Positions 15,768 through 29,500 of a stretch of DNA of 64,000 nt are shown in pieces; the stretch's first letter is position 1, and every line of letters begins with the position of its first letter. The DNA comes from Podarcis melisellensis (Eukaryota), in the NCBI GenBank assembly GCA_964234715.1, contig OZ174282.1. One strand, written 5' to 3'. A program made the translations under genes and the position numbers. The notes below the pieces were generated by a model. That model was not told the DNA's origin, did not search any database, and saw only the letters and a list, made by a program, of their open reading frames with translations.

Positions 15768-15930
15768 GGGCTGTAGCTCAGTGGCAGAGCGCTTGCCTTG
15801 GAGGCAGAAGTTCCCAGGTTCAATCCCTGGCACCTTCAGGGACGGCTGAGGAAAGTCTGAAGCCCTGGAGAGCCACCGCCAGTCAGTGGAGACAACACTG
15901 AGCTTCATGGACAGGTGTCTGATTCTGTTT
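15768..15930 (+). mobile_element. tRNA-derived SINE (Squam3-like)
   Basis: GGGCTGTAGCTCAGTGGCAGAGC (A box) and GGTTCAATCCC (B box), followed by the body CCCTGGAGAGCCACCGCCAGTCAG. No intact tRNA acceptor stem. Confidence 0.8.
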
Positions 15931-16217
15931 CCTATAATTCTGTTTGCTATGTCCTGTACTTTCTGGTAAACCAATGTGTTGCAGCAGTCAGTATGTCTTT
16001 TGGTTCTCTTGGTCTGATCCACTCAAATCCGATCTGCTTCACACCACTGCTTTTATATCTGGTGTCAAATTCCATTTTTAAAATGTCTGTGTTTGTTTCA
16101 TGCCGATGTCACTCAAGAGGATCAGCCTCTGGGGAGCTGGCCTCTAAGCCTGACTGTGGGCTTAACTGGGAGTTTCAGGTAATATAGCTGAGATACTGAA
16201 GTTTCTAATTTACTCAC

Positions 16218-16292
16218 TTGTCGAGCGTAGGCCATCTCAATGTTGTCCAAAGAACTACGAACTGGTGGTGGTAGCTCACTGATGTAACTGGG
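16218..16292 (-). CDS. NUP93: NUP93 exon 6 (PSYISELPPPVRSSLDNIEMAYARQ)
   Basis: Acceptor ttccaacag|, donor CAA|gtgagt; 75 nt. Confidence 0.96.
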
Positions 16293-17381
16293 CTGTTGGA
16301 AGACAATGAAAATGCAGGTCAGAGTATTTGACACAAATTCATTTAGCAATTGGGTGGCACTTTTGTGCCAATACCAAAACTTCGAGAATCCCACCAGAGC
16401 ATGAAGCTGCTGGGCAAGAGGCTTTTGCTGTAGCAAATTACTCACAGCTGTGAATCCATCTCTCTCTCCCTGTTCTTTATCTCCCTGCAACCCTTTAGAA
16501 GCAACCTGGGGACACATTTACAGGCCCAACGTCTGGTCGCCCTGCCACAGCGAGGTATTTTATTGCAGTGCCATAAGCACCAACTGGCTAAGTGGCCTGT
16601 GGGCGTGAAAAGAACCCTTGGAAAGACGTATGTCCTTCAATATCAAAATCTTGACATATGCCACTACCAACCCCCTCCCCCAATGCTCTTCCCCCACCCT
16701 TGTCTCTTAAGAAGAGAGCTTTCAAATTCATAACTGCCAGTCTTTATTGCTTTAAAATAATGGTACATACACAAAGAGAGATGTTATGACAATGAATAAT
16801 GTCAAGTTTAGAGTCAGATTTAGGTTTTGTAATACTTAGAGGTGTTGGAAAATAAATCAATTAAGGGATAGCTGCCTCCCACTCAGCAAAGTTTCTTGCT
16901 ATGTTGCTAGGAGAAATCCCTATCAGCATGACTTCCCTGGTTCAGTCTGCCTGTGTGGCAGTGCTGGGATCACCAAACTCAGTCAGGAGAACATTTTCTT
17001 TTGATGAGAAGACCCTGGTTTCTCTGGCATTCATTTCAGCATTCAAGACTATGCAACTTCAACCCTTGCATTACTCAAAGAAGGAAAAATCAGCTTGGTG
17101 AAAAAACCTGTTTTTATTTTGTGTAATCAATAAGTATGAAAGCAGGCAACATCTGCAACTAGCCATTTGGTGTGATCAAAGCATTTAAAATAATTGTCTT
17201 CTGTTTGCATGAGTCCCAAAGAAATGTGCAACAAGCTTGGAAAGCACAGTCAGCCTTTATTGTCAAGTGCCATGGGCAGGCCCACTTTTTGGATTTCAAT
17301 GCAGGAAAATAAAACATGCCCTTCTAATTCCCAATGGCTTCTCCACCTTTACAAACAGCTCAGCAGCACAGAAAGCTACTA

Positions 17382-17615
17382 CAGTGGTACCTTGGGTTAC
17401 AGACGCTTTAGGTTAGAGATGCTTCAGGTTACAGTCTCCGCTAACTCAGAAATAGTACCTTGGGTTAAGAAGTTTACTTCAGGATGAGAACAGAAATTGC
17501 GCGACGGCAACAGCGGAAGGCCCCATAAGCTAAAATGGTACCTCAGGTTAAGAACAGTTTCAGGTTAAGAATGGACCTCCGGAACGAATTAAGTTCTTAA
17601 TCCGAGCTACCACTG
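17382..17615. mobile_element. Second copy of the same mariner-type MITE
   Basis: CAGTGGTACCTTGGG...CCGAGCTACCACTG with TA flanks; colinear with 1618-1859. Confidence 0.9.
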
Positions 17616-19166
17616 TACTCAATTGTGCCTCTAGCCCTTCTGCATTTAGCTTCATTTGTTGCAAACTGCAGGCACCAAAATCTGCATTATTCATACACAC
17701 ATTCCAAAGCAAAAACCTTGGCAGCCATTTTGGCAAAGCTCCAAAAGACTTGGCCATCCGCTGCAACATGGGGGGGGGAAGGGGGGACTGCAATGCTGCC
17801 AGTACACTTGCCATCTTGGCTCTATCTCGAATCCAGAAAACCTGAAGAGATACAGGAGTTTAAAGAGACCTGGGGATATCGGAACTCTGACAGAGCAGCC
17901 ATGCACTTTAGATGGCATAGAAACAGGTTGTGTAACAGCTGCACTTTAAAATAAAAAGATGGGGGTGGGGAGATTCAGAAAAAACAGCAAGATGGCCAAA
18001 GGGTGTGGGGATGAGGGAGAGCAGAAGATCCCATTTGAACTGGAACCTTGGCCTGAACACTCCTGAAATACATAGCTAAGCCAAACATGATCCATACTGT
18101 TTTTCCTTTGACCAGACACCATATGCCCTTCAGGGAACTGTGGAAACCTCTAAAAGAGAATGTGTGTTCAGCTTTCTTTGAACCGTAAAACATCACTGAC
18201 TAATTGGTCTTCTTTCCAGAAGCAACATGTCTGTATTTTTCACAAGCCCAAAGCTTGAAATATAGCTCCCCAGCTGACCTGCTTCCTGCTGTGTGGGTCT
18301 GTGCCTTTCAGCTGATTCTGCATATCCAGAGGTATCAATTAACTCTCTATTATATTCTAAGGATGGGGGTCTGCCTCTCGCTCGCTCACAATTTTTCTGA
18401 AATAGGATTTAAGTGCAGCATGAATTGGGAAAGTTAAGCAACTGGCTTTTAACGCAGCAGATGCTTGGCAAACCTCCCAGGCCTTTGACTTCAAGGCTGG
18501 GGGCAAAACATCGCATCAAGGGTTTCAAATGCTCTTGCAGCGACACACCAGTATTATATAGGCTCTGCAGGAGAGAGAAGAGCATTACAGAGTGATAAAT
18601 CACATCCTGTCTTTTAACTGATTTGTGAAGTGTATTAGATGGATTATTTTTTTTTCTTCCTTTGAGATGTCAACATTTGTGATAAGGGCAGTCTACCACT
18701 TAACTCTAAGCTAGTCATCCTTTGTACCCACTGTTACCTGTTCAAAAGATGTTCCCAATAAAGGTAAACTCAATTTCACTTAAACCCCCAGAAGCTGTTG
18801 AATGCTTCCTGAACAACCTGCTAAGTCTGCAAGGCTCTGCTACTGAAGAGCAGTGAGTGATCACCCAGTTTCCAACATATTTTGTCTGCATCCCCCACAA
18901 CTGAAAAATTTGATAGCCCACTGAGTTTAATAAGTTGTCAGTAAAACATCTTCCACAGGGTATTTCCATAAAGAAAATGCTTCCAGCATCATTTCCAGAT
19001 CACAATATGAAGCATAGCCAATTAACATGAGCAATTCGGAAAATGAACTTCAGGGTTCCACACGTTTCTACAATGAAGAACACTTTTAGATGCAATTAGG
19101 AAGTGAAGAGTTTGAGGAGGATCAAAAACATTTTTTTAAAACTACAGACACTGAAGACTGCAATTA

Positions 19167-19547
<381 letters not shown>

Positions 19548-22014
19548 CTAGGAAAAGCAAGATTAATGCACAAAACACCGACCCAAGAGACCACCCTTCA
19601 GCAACCTGGTGCTTTCCAGATGCTCTGGACTCCAGCTCACATTTTATGTGAACATTTAGCTTTACAAAAGTTGACTTCTGAGGACTGGGTGTGATCAGAA
19701 AGAAGACCCTTTCTAAAGGTATGCACTGAATCAGAACAAAGTTTTGAAGAACCAGATTAAACTCTATCACTCTGTCATTCTCTCCATTCTGGTACTATCA
19801 AAAAATGAAGTTGTTTCTAAATATCTTTCATTTTGGGATAAATCAAATGCAAAACAACATGGCTACTCTTGGTTTAAATGAAGAACATTTGATCGTTCTG
19901 AGTGAATCCAAATTTAATCAGAAACAAAGACTTTCAGACACGACAAGCTACAGAATCACTTTGTGTCATCTTGTCTTGCACTCTCAAAATAGGTACCATA
20001 GATTTATTAAAATTATTTATTATAATCTAAGCCACGTCTGCGTCCTGACCATCTTGTTAAGAACTACATTCTTGATGACTTGATGTTTTAGCTGTGAATC
20101 AGTGTCCACATACACCACATACACCAGTTCACGGTGAATTATTTGCAGGCTCCAAATGGTTAGTGATTTACCAAATGTCTTGAAACTAAATATTTTGATT
20201 GCTTGCATTGCTTTTGTTCATTGTGTTACTATGACACTGACAACTGCAATACAACATTAAATATGTCTTTCTAAATAGGCAGCCGTGTTTGACAAATATG
20301 TTTTGTCTGCATGCCCATATATACCGGTAACTGAAGCATCATGCCCTCCTCTCTATTTTATTATTGCTACACTTTCATTGCAGGCTGCAGCTGTTTTCCC
20401 AGCAACCAAGTTGGGCATTCTTTATGTCTATAATAGGATAGTAGCTTGTAAAAAGGCTGATTCATACTGGCCACACATTTACAAGGGCTGGTCAGCTGGA
20501 CATTACTGTCCCTCCATTTTAAAAGAGCAAAACTCCATTCTAAGGCAGTCAGACCTGCATTTATGTGGCATTGCCTTTGTTTAATTTTGCCTCACTCACC
20601 AGGAGCGTGTCTATGTGGGGGGGTTGCATATCAACCTGACCTTACGCCATATGGGCTCTCTCGTGTTATCACTCTTAAGTGATAAGACATTTGCTTCCCA
20701 GCAGAAGTGTGGTTACCTGGTGCTTCTTCTCTACAACAAGTGACCCTGGTGCAAGTGTATTCAAAAGCACATAATATTTCCATCCACCTGTTACTCCGGA
20801 GACTGCCTGAATTGGTTTACATTCTCTCTAGAATGGGACATTACACCAAGATGAGCAAGACAGATGAGTAACCTTGGCTGGGACAAACAGGTGTATGTGT
20901 GTGCGCCCGTATCCCAGTCCAAAAGTCAGCTTGTCCCCATGGTTTGGGTTTGTTTTGGGGTGTTTGGAGCACTGCATATCTGTAGTGGTAGTGGTAGCTA
21001 TGGAGAATCAGGCTTTGCTAAAAAGATTAAAATGCAGAATAGGATTTGAGTATGTGTTTTACTCACATACAAATGCAAAAAGAGAAGGTCAAAGAACACA
21101 TTTTTTGCTGTTCAGCTGACTTCTGATTTGTCTTAAAACAGAAATTACAGGAAGTCAACATAGGGGTTTATTTTGCTGTCAAATTAATGCCCTGAATATA
21201 GCGCTCAACTAGAAGAGTGGAGCCAGTAATATTTTAAGACACCACCTCAACTAATATTTAAGACACATCTTTTCCTACAGGCATCTGGGGAAGATTTGCG
21301 ATGAAGAAGTGGTTTTGTTCTGCTGTTCTGTGGCTGTTTTATGATGTTTATTGGTTTTATGTAATGCCATATTTTATTTATTTGTTTTTTAATTCATACT
21401 GACTTTGGCTGTATACTTCCCTTGGAATCTTCAGATTGAAGGACGAGTTATAAATGGAATAAATAGATTAATAAATCTCTTATGGTCTGACGATACTTTA
21501 TCATTTATTCATGGTTACAAACAATTACAAGGAAAGCTACAATTTCCAAGTGGTGGAACAGGAGCCCCCAGTTGGCCAAGAGAGCCTTGCTGATGGCTTG
21601 CTAAATTCCTGGCACTGTGATCTGTTTAGCATGCTGAGCAGGTAGAAGACCAAATGCCAGCATTAGCAGGGGCCTGATCTATTTTGGCTAATTACTACTA
21701 ATGCTGGCAAAATCAGTTATGCAACTGATTTCATTTCATTTTTCGACAACAGAAACATACAGCTTTTCCTTTCACCTGCACCCTGCCCTTTCAGTAGATG
21801 ATGCTCAGTGCTGGATATCAGCCAACATTTTGTAGATAAAGTTCAGAGTGTGGTGTTGGAGGCAAAATGCAGGTGAGAATTCTCAGCTTTCTTTTTTTAA
21901 AAAGCTTCCAGTTCTTGGGACTAAAAAGTTATGCTTGGGAGTGTGCACACAATGCTGGCTGAAATGTCTGAAGTTTGTGGGGCTCTACAATCCTCACTAT
22001 TTTCTCACTTCTTC

Positions 22015-22220
22015 AGGCGCAATTCAAGATCCTGATGCTCCTTTCTAAAGCCCTGAATAAACTGGTGCCCACATACTTGAAAAAAGAGCACCTCTTTCTA
22101 TATGTGCCAGTTTGGGCCTTACAAACAGGAGGGGAGGCTCTTGTGGTCTTACCCATCATAAGGTGATTCAAAACAGGGACTTTTCTGTGGTGTCACCCCA
22201 TTTACAGAAACAGCTCCCTC
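22015..22220 (+). mobile_element. L2 LINE 3' fragment
   Basis: AQFKILMLLSKALNKLVPTYL resembles the L2 ORF2 C-terminus and the 38095-38160 segment. Confidence 0.6.
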
Positions 22221-23449
22221 CTCCAATTTGGAGATGAATCAATCAGTTTCACCTAACCACCCAGATGTTTCAGTAATACTGATGTTTTGGTTGAACCATC
22301 GTTACTGTTTTTCTCATACTGTACCGATATGGGAGTTGTTAACATTAGTTTAGTAGTTACTATTTTTATGTAAAACATTTTTATTGTTTTATTATTGCAT
22401 TATGAACTGTCCTGTGATACTAAATGGATGAGGGTAGTCAACAAATGAATTAAATAACAAAAAATAAAATAAAATAGGTAGAGCAGTAGGAAAATGTATT
22501 AAAGTAGACACATGTATTAAATTACACACAAATGAGAGAAGTTAGACAAATAAGCTTGATTAGTATTAGTCATACAGGTCAAAGTTTTCTTAATATAGGC
22601 TTTGGTTTGCCTATGTGCCAAATTGATGCCAATGGCACCAGACTTAGGGTAGGGTGGATATTGTACATTACAAAAGCATGCTGTTGGCCAGTCCCGGAAT
22701 TAAATTGAGAAAAACCAATGCTTCCACATCTTCAAGAAAAACATAGCATTAAAAATAATAATCAGAGGCCATTACACATAAACTTGAACTTAATCACAGT
22801 GATTTCAAATCTTCATTTTGTGGTTTCTCACTATTATTATTACAGGCTATTTCAGAGGCAAACCAGTAAAATAAGCAAGAGCTTAACTCATGTTCACAGA
22901 GTACTAATGTATAACTCTCAGCTGAATGCATGTAATCTTAGCCCTACTCATGTAGCCAAATAAGGAATACTGTACACCATGGATGAGAGTGGGAGACTGT
23001 GGCATTAGGGCCAGACAAAAACTTTCCACTGACTCTTCTATGCACAGCCCATGCATATGGCACAAGAGCCAATCAACTCAGGAGCAGCAATCCTACTCCT
23101 CCACTCACTTTGGGTTTATTACAGAAAAGTATTTGTCTATAAAGTTTATTCAATTCCAAGGTGTGAAGTCATTACTCTGAAAGGGTTTTAAAACTAGGCA
23201 TGGGAAAGAGCTCTTGCACTTGTAGAGCAAAAGCAGGCAACAATGTCATTCTCTATTGAACTGATGGGATTTGGAGTCCAACAACCTCAGGAGGAACCAC
23301 ACTAGCTACTCATGCTATGAAGAATAGTATAACCACAAATCTGTCATGTTGCAATGCCAATTAGAATGCAGAATTCTCTGAGATTCAGCCTCTCTACTGA
23401 AGAGGTGTTTCAATTTCAAGACTTTTTCATATGCCCTTCTCCAACTTAC

Positions 23450-23512
23450 CCGTTTCCTGGACTCTTCAATGGCAGACAGCAAAGCATTATCTTTTTCATT
23501 TTTTAAGAATCC
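23450..23512 (-). CDS. NUP93: NUP93 exon 4 (GFLKNEKDNALLSAIEESRKR)
   Basis: Acceptor tttcaacag|, donor CGG|gtaagt; 63 nt, phase 0-0. Confidence 0.97.
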
Positions 23513-26500
23513 CTGTTGAAAGAAAAAGTGCAGATTCAGAAATTGGCTTGACATTTAAATTCAGACACATTTGGTACTACACCAACCTTTACCAACCTGG
23601 TGCCCTCCAGAGGTTTTGGTTTATAATTCCCACCAGCCCCAGCCAGCATGCACTACAGGAGTGATGGAAGGCTGCCTTACATACACAGCTGGCTTAAGTT
23701 TAGTTTTACGTATAGGTCAACATTCTCTGCAAATTGCTACAACAGCAAGATTATTCAACTTGAGAGGGGAAAGAGGAAGATGTTCATGAAGCTCCATGTT
23801 AAAATGAAAGAGGTTGAAGTCTTCCCTTTCAATATATATCTGCATTAACTCTTTACAAAGTGCCCTGCTTCTGTTCTCTCTCGGCTCCGCACTGCAGCAC
23901 CTGCTGCCTCTCTTCCAGTTTGTGAGAACCAGAACGAAAAGCTCTGGATGCCAGTGAAGAGACATTAAGCTTGCCTGATCACAAGGAAGAGTTAAAAAGT
24001 GATGGTCTGGTTCCACAAGCTCCAGGCCAGTCCCTGAAAACATACAAATAACCCCAAAAAGGGCAAGTTGACTGAATGGCAGAAGCCAGAAATAATTGCT
24101 TATCCTTTCACTTATCCAGCTAAAGCATGAGAATAGCTGAACTCCAAAGTTATTCTATTTTTGTTTGTATTATTTATCTATCACATTATTTTGGAAGAGT
24201 TTAGCGTAGCCCAAGCCCTCAGCCAATTCTCTGGGCAAGGCTTAACAACCTGTCATTGATTTAACACACTCTGCTTTCCACTTTATTTATTCACAGGGGA
24301 ACATACCCAAGCAGGCAGCCAGCCAGATCAACCATCAATCCAGAACAGCAAAAACAGCTACTCTTTTATTTGCTGTGTGCATCTATTTTGCTTTTTAAAT
24401 CCTGGCTTTATACCCAGTCACATTCCCATCAAACATGAACAGACAACTTGGGGAAATGAGGCACCATCATAGGAATAGGTAAAAGGCAGAAAAGAGGGGG
24501 GTCAAGGAAGCAAACAGCAATTTCGAATAACAGAAACTGCAATAGGAAAAATGACAAAGATTTAAATGGAGCCTCAAATTTGGATTTATGTAATTTGCTT
24601 TTTAAAATATTTACCAACAAGCTTAACAAAGTCCAATAAGTAGCTTATGCATCAGGTCTGTGGCTCTCCTGAAGACACTGGGATCGAACTTCTAGCAGGG
24701 CCAATGGTTGGTTAGGGATTATGGGAGTTAAGAGTCCAACAGCATTTGGAAGGCCAAAGATTCCCCATCGTCCCATAAATTAACATAGTGGGTTTCAACC
24801 TCTGTCCAGAGAATTCCAGCTTCTTGGAGATTCCTCAATTAGAAAAATCAGCAGCACAGTAATGGCAGAGTGCCCCTGAAAGACAGCTTGCCCATTGCAA
24901 CTGATCTTCCCCAGGAATTGGAAGCTTCTGGAAAGGGTCGGGTTGTAATTCAGTTTCTATGAGTGATCCAGGACGCATTTGTCCTAGGGACACCTGCAGT
25001 TAGGTTAAAAAGCTATCTTCCACCCTTGACACTGGGTGGCCTGGCCCTCACCAACCAGGATCACACCCTAAAGTCCAACAAGTGCAAAGCATTCAGACAT
25101 GCAACCCCCCCTTTAAATCTCTCCAATACTCATTACACAGCTTGCTGTTTTAAATGACTGTCCCTACCATTTAGCAACCGGCTTCATGAATTTCCAACTG
25201 CTTAAATTCAAAGCCTTTTCTATTCTCTAACTCCACACATGTAGACTGTGGCACCGAATGTAGTCTTTGATTTGACACCTATTACAGACTTCCAAGTAGA
25301 TCAGCATTTTCAAAAGCCAATTTCTAGCCTGCACAGTTGCTCATGTATTCTAGAAGAGACCCAAGGAATGCCTACAACAGCTCTCATGCTAAAGGGCAAA
25401 TGCTCTCTTCCTTGCACAAGTACATCCCACATCAGCTTTGGCCATTTTCTCCTTTTCATGTTATTCTCACAATTTAGGTACAAATAACAATTGGGAAAAA
25501 GATTAGGCTCCAATTTGCTTGAATTTTGAAAAAGAGAAGCTGCAAAAAGTGCATGCATGAACACTTCACATCTGACTAGTGTCACATTCCAACTGAAAAT
25601 GATTTGCGTGAAGTGATCCTGAAATAAAGTATTAAAGTGGAAGCGGGAAGAAATTGGCACATCACACAGAATGTGTGTTTTATTAATAAAGACTATTACA
25701 TGGAAGATGCAAGGGAGAAGATTAAGAACAAAATCAGAATGGCCAGGACCAGTTAAGAAACAGGCAGAGTTCAGTCCTTCCTGTTTAATAAATTAAAAGA
25801 AAGGGAGTTAGATACCTTATACAACTTTGATACAAAGTAAACAAGCAGGACCACTGAAAAGCCAAGGTGACAATTATAGATCATTTGGCTGTGGCATAAA
25901 CAGTTTATGACTACTTGACTGGAGTTTTTAATTATGCCCCGTTTATCACTTTCTGGTTCCTTCCAGTGGCTACGATTAGGAGAAAGAGGCAGAATGCATG
26001 GACAGAACACATGCATACAAAAGGTCCCAGGTTCAATCCTAATCATCTTCAGGAATGACTAGGAGAGATCCTTTAATGAAACTCTGGTTTTCACTCCTTC
26101 CAACGTCACTTTTGCACACTTAGATGAATGTGTTTGAACAAGAAGAAACGTAGCTTGAAAAGCTGCTTTTAAAAAGAGCACACGTAAAGACAGGGCACCA
26201 CCAAAGGAGTGAGAGGCAGGGAAGATTGGTTTTTTCCATCGGAAATGCTTTAGGAGCCCATCTAACATATACTACCTGCAAACAGGCCATGCCAGTCACT
26301 TAGGCGATGCTTGCAAAATAAGGACATTACTGCTAGACGGCACAGTTCCTGCCAGCAGACGATGAACAGGGACAGTTCTTGTTAGTGAAAGTCAAGGAGC
26401 CAGAGCACAAACAGCTCCAATTTTGTTTAGCTCCAATTTTATTCTCCTTTTTTTGGCTCCATCAGAACTTCATGGAACATTACTGAAAATGTAGACAAAT

Positions 26501-29500
26501 TGATGTCTCTTCTATGCCACGGAGAAATTGGGGAAAATATGTCTTTCTGGAGAATATTTAGTATCAGAGCTGTAGCATTTGAAATGTAAACAATACAATA
26601 TGATAGGCAACCATATTCCAAAAAAAAAAAAAAGGAACCAATAATCAAGACACTTACATTGAAGAGAAGGAACCTGCAGGGTAGGCCAACTTAGCTTCAA
26701 GGCTGTTCTCGTTACATATGCAAAATCATAATTGGATTACAGACTCTGACAACATCATTCTGGTTCTTAAAGCATTCAGGTTAATTTGGCAATCGTGGGA
26801 AGAGACAATTCTGTATGAGGATTCTTTACAAGGAAAGTAGAACATGCTGATCATAGAGCAGAAAAGATGGTGAGCAGGAAGTCGTGGACAGGTCGTTAGA
26901 CCAAGCAAAAAAGCAGACGTTCTGTAAGAGACAGCCCATCTGCACTAACATCACAGTTGTTTGGTATGGCATTATTTTCAGGGCCACCAAAAGAAGTAGA
27001 AGACCACTCAGAGGCAGGCCCAAGATTGTTTGCAGTATTGCAAGGGATCCTAGGCTGCAATTTGTGAATCATGCAGGGCAAAACGACTGGGACCAGCCCT
27101 ACCAAGTACATATCACTGAAGACCTTCTTCCAGAGTTTTCTTAAGGTAACAAAACTGTGAAGGGTTAGATGTTGAGCTTGTTCAGATATAACACCAAATT
27201 ATGATTTGAGACTACAATAAACTGTGAAGGAGTCTTGGGTTTCTGAAACATGACCCCAATGTAGTAATCCATCTCCTAGTTTGAGGGAACCCACTTGCTG
27301 TTTGGTCTAAACTAGCAAATTGTGATTTGGTTATGGATTGCAACCCTGGTTTGCAGGGCAAATGTAAGTATTAGGTTTGTTGGGTTAGGGTGAACTATAG
27401 CTTGCCTCAAACTAGGAATAGAGAGAGGGAACTATGAGAAATATATTTATCACAATATTCAAACCAGATTAAGGGACATTGAAAAACAAAACATTGAGTC
27501 AGCTGTAAAAAAAATTGCTCCCCCAAGTTCTATGGTTTAAATACAACAGATAACAGGGGCACTTATATTTCAAAATTAATAATTCTATTCCAACACAAGG
27601 CCTTCATGTTAGCCCGACTGAATGTTTTCCCCTCAGCTTTTGTCAAGGACAGACATTTAAACATCCCCATAAACAATAGACATTGAATGTTCCAGACACT
27701 GTAGAACATCTTATTTAATACTGTCCATTCTACAACCAGTTACACAAACGTGTTCTATCCCCTTTTTTGGGTAGTCTAACATCACCGGACAATGAAAATA
27801 TCAGATTCTATCTGTCTGAATCAGAAGTAACTGCAAGCGTAGCTGAGATTTTGTTAATAGTATCTCTTAAGAGTAGTGAATGGTACTATTTAGTGGGAAG
27901 AAACTCCAACGAAAACCCTCGTTATTACATATTTTACATGGCTGTTTTTGTATATATTTTAACATTTTATATATGGATGTTTTATGATGGCCTGTATTTG
28001 TAGTGCCTAATAAAGGCTTGGTGAAGTAGAGAAGGAATTACAGCATAGAGGGTGGGAGGAAAAGGCAGGGAGCATGGCCTCAACTTCCCTGAAGGCTTGC
28101 TCTTATCACACCAAACCATGGTTTGGCATTACACCTGAACCAGCTCACTATGAGTTACAGTATTGCACTGCGCTGCACTGAAGACTTGTGAGCATCTAGA
28201 ATACCCTTAAATAAAAAAGCAAATGCAGCAGCTCTCTCTAACTTGACAACAAAATGATATACCACATGTGGTATCAAGGTTCGTAAATGTGTTTTAGCAA
28301 CTATATATACAAGTGTGATCGTTTCTTTTGTTTGAAACTAAATGATGTGCAAAGTAGAAAGGGAATTTTAAATCAAGTTTAGAACAAGGTTGATAGGTGA
28401 GGTGGTCTTGGAATTTTGTACACTCCAGTAAAACTCCAACATGTGCATAGAGAAGGAAGCACAGTCCTCGCACAAGACTTCAAATAGCTGCATTGCTGCA
28501 GACAATGGACGCAACCGATCAAACACGACTGCTGGGTCATCTCCATTCATTTCAGGAAAGCTCAGACTGAGAAACATACAGCCCACAATGAAATCAAAGC
28601 TGCGGCCATGAAGGATGGATCAGGCCCAACACAGGGATGTTTAAAAGAGAAGTTCAATTACAACTGGAAATCTGACAAGGGCTCCGCATTTAATATTTGG
28701 GTGCCAGCTGAAGGATTTGGATAACCAAAGCAAACTGAGCTATCCACTCTGAGTAAGTTTGGTATATGAGACAATACCATTTGGAATGGCAATTTCGCCA
28801 GTAAGTATGCAGAAAGCATGCAAACATGAAGAAGAAAAGGGAGGCGGGACTAATCTTACTGTCATTGACCTCCATTTTTATGAGGGTGTTTCTGACAACA
28901 GCAGCAGCAATGGTGCCGGCAGCCATTTTAACCTTCAAATTCTGAAATAATTTCATCAGTTTGTTTGTTTTTTAAATTGAAATTTCTAACTCAAAGCATT
29001 GGGACGGGTACCATTAGTTGATCATGATTTAATCTAATTCTGCTTGTAATTTATTTCTGTTGAAATGTATATTAGCGCTGACATTTCATATTTGGCACCA
29101 GACACTTGTTAAGCTTTAAAAATGCATGCAATATAAGTGCAAGGCAAGGTTCAGTTTTGAGCTGTCTTTAGGAGTCAATTCCACCTCCACCAGGCAGTAA
29201 ATCTACTTTGAGTTAATAATCTGTTAAAGACAGAAATTATAAATCCATGTAATACTACTTAAAAGTTTGAGCTACATAAATACGTAGAAAAAAATAAAAA
29301 TAGTGCATTTGTTTTTTCTTTCACTTAATATTTCACTATCAGCAGAGGGTCCTTACTGCTTCAAGGTTCCAACAATATTCTTCTCAGTTCTTGACGACCA
29401 TTATTTTTGACAAAATAATTTAGTTCATAGCTGAGAATTTGCAGAAGGGACAGGAAAAAGACCTCTCTTACTACCTATTGGAAGCTTATCATCATTTGAA

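Noticed and set aside
15768-15845. tRNA-like sequence with A and B boxes
   Set aside because: It continues into a SINE body shared with other copies and has no intact cloverleaf, so it is called a SINE rather than a tRNA gene.
20594-20720. Consensus donors (CTG|GTGAGT at 20599, CAG|GTAACC near 20716) in intron 4
   Set aside because: No convincing pyrimidine tract and acceptor partner; such motifs occur often by chance.
28368-28956. Short ORFs on both strands suggesting a nested gene in intron 3
   Set aside because: No recognisable domain or exon chain, and the lengths are within random expectation.
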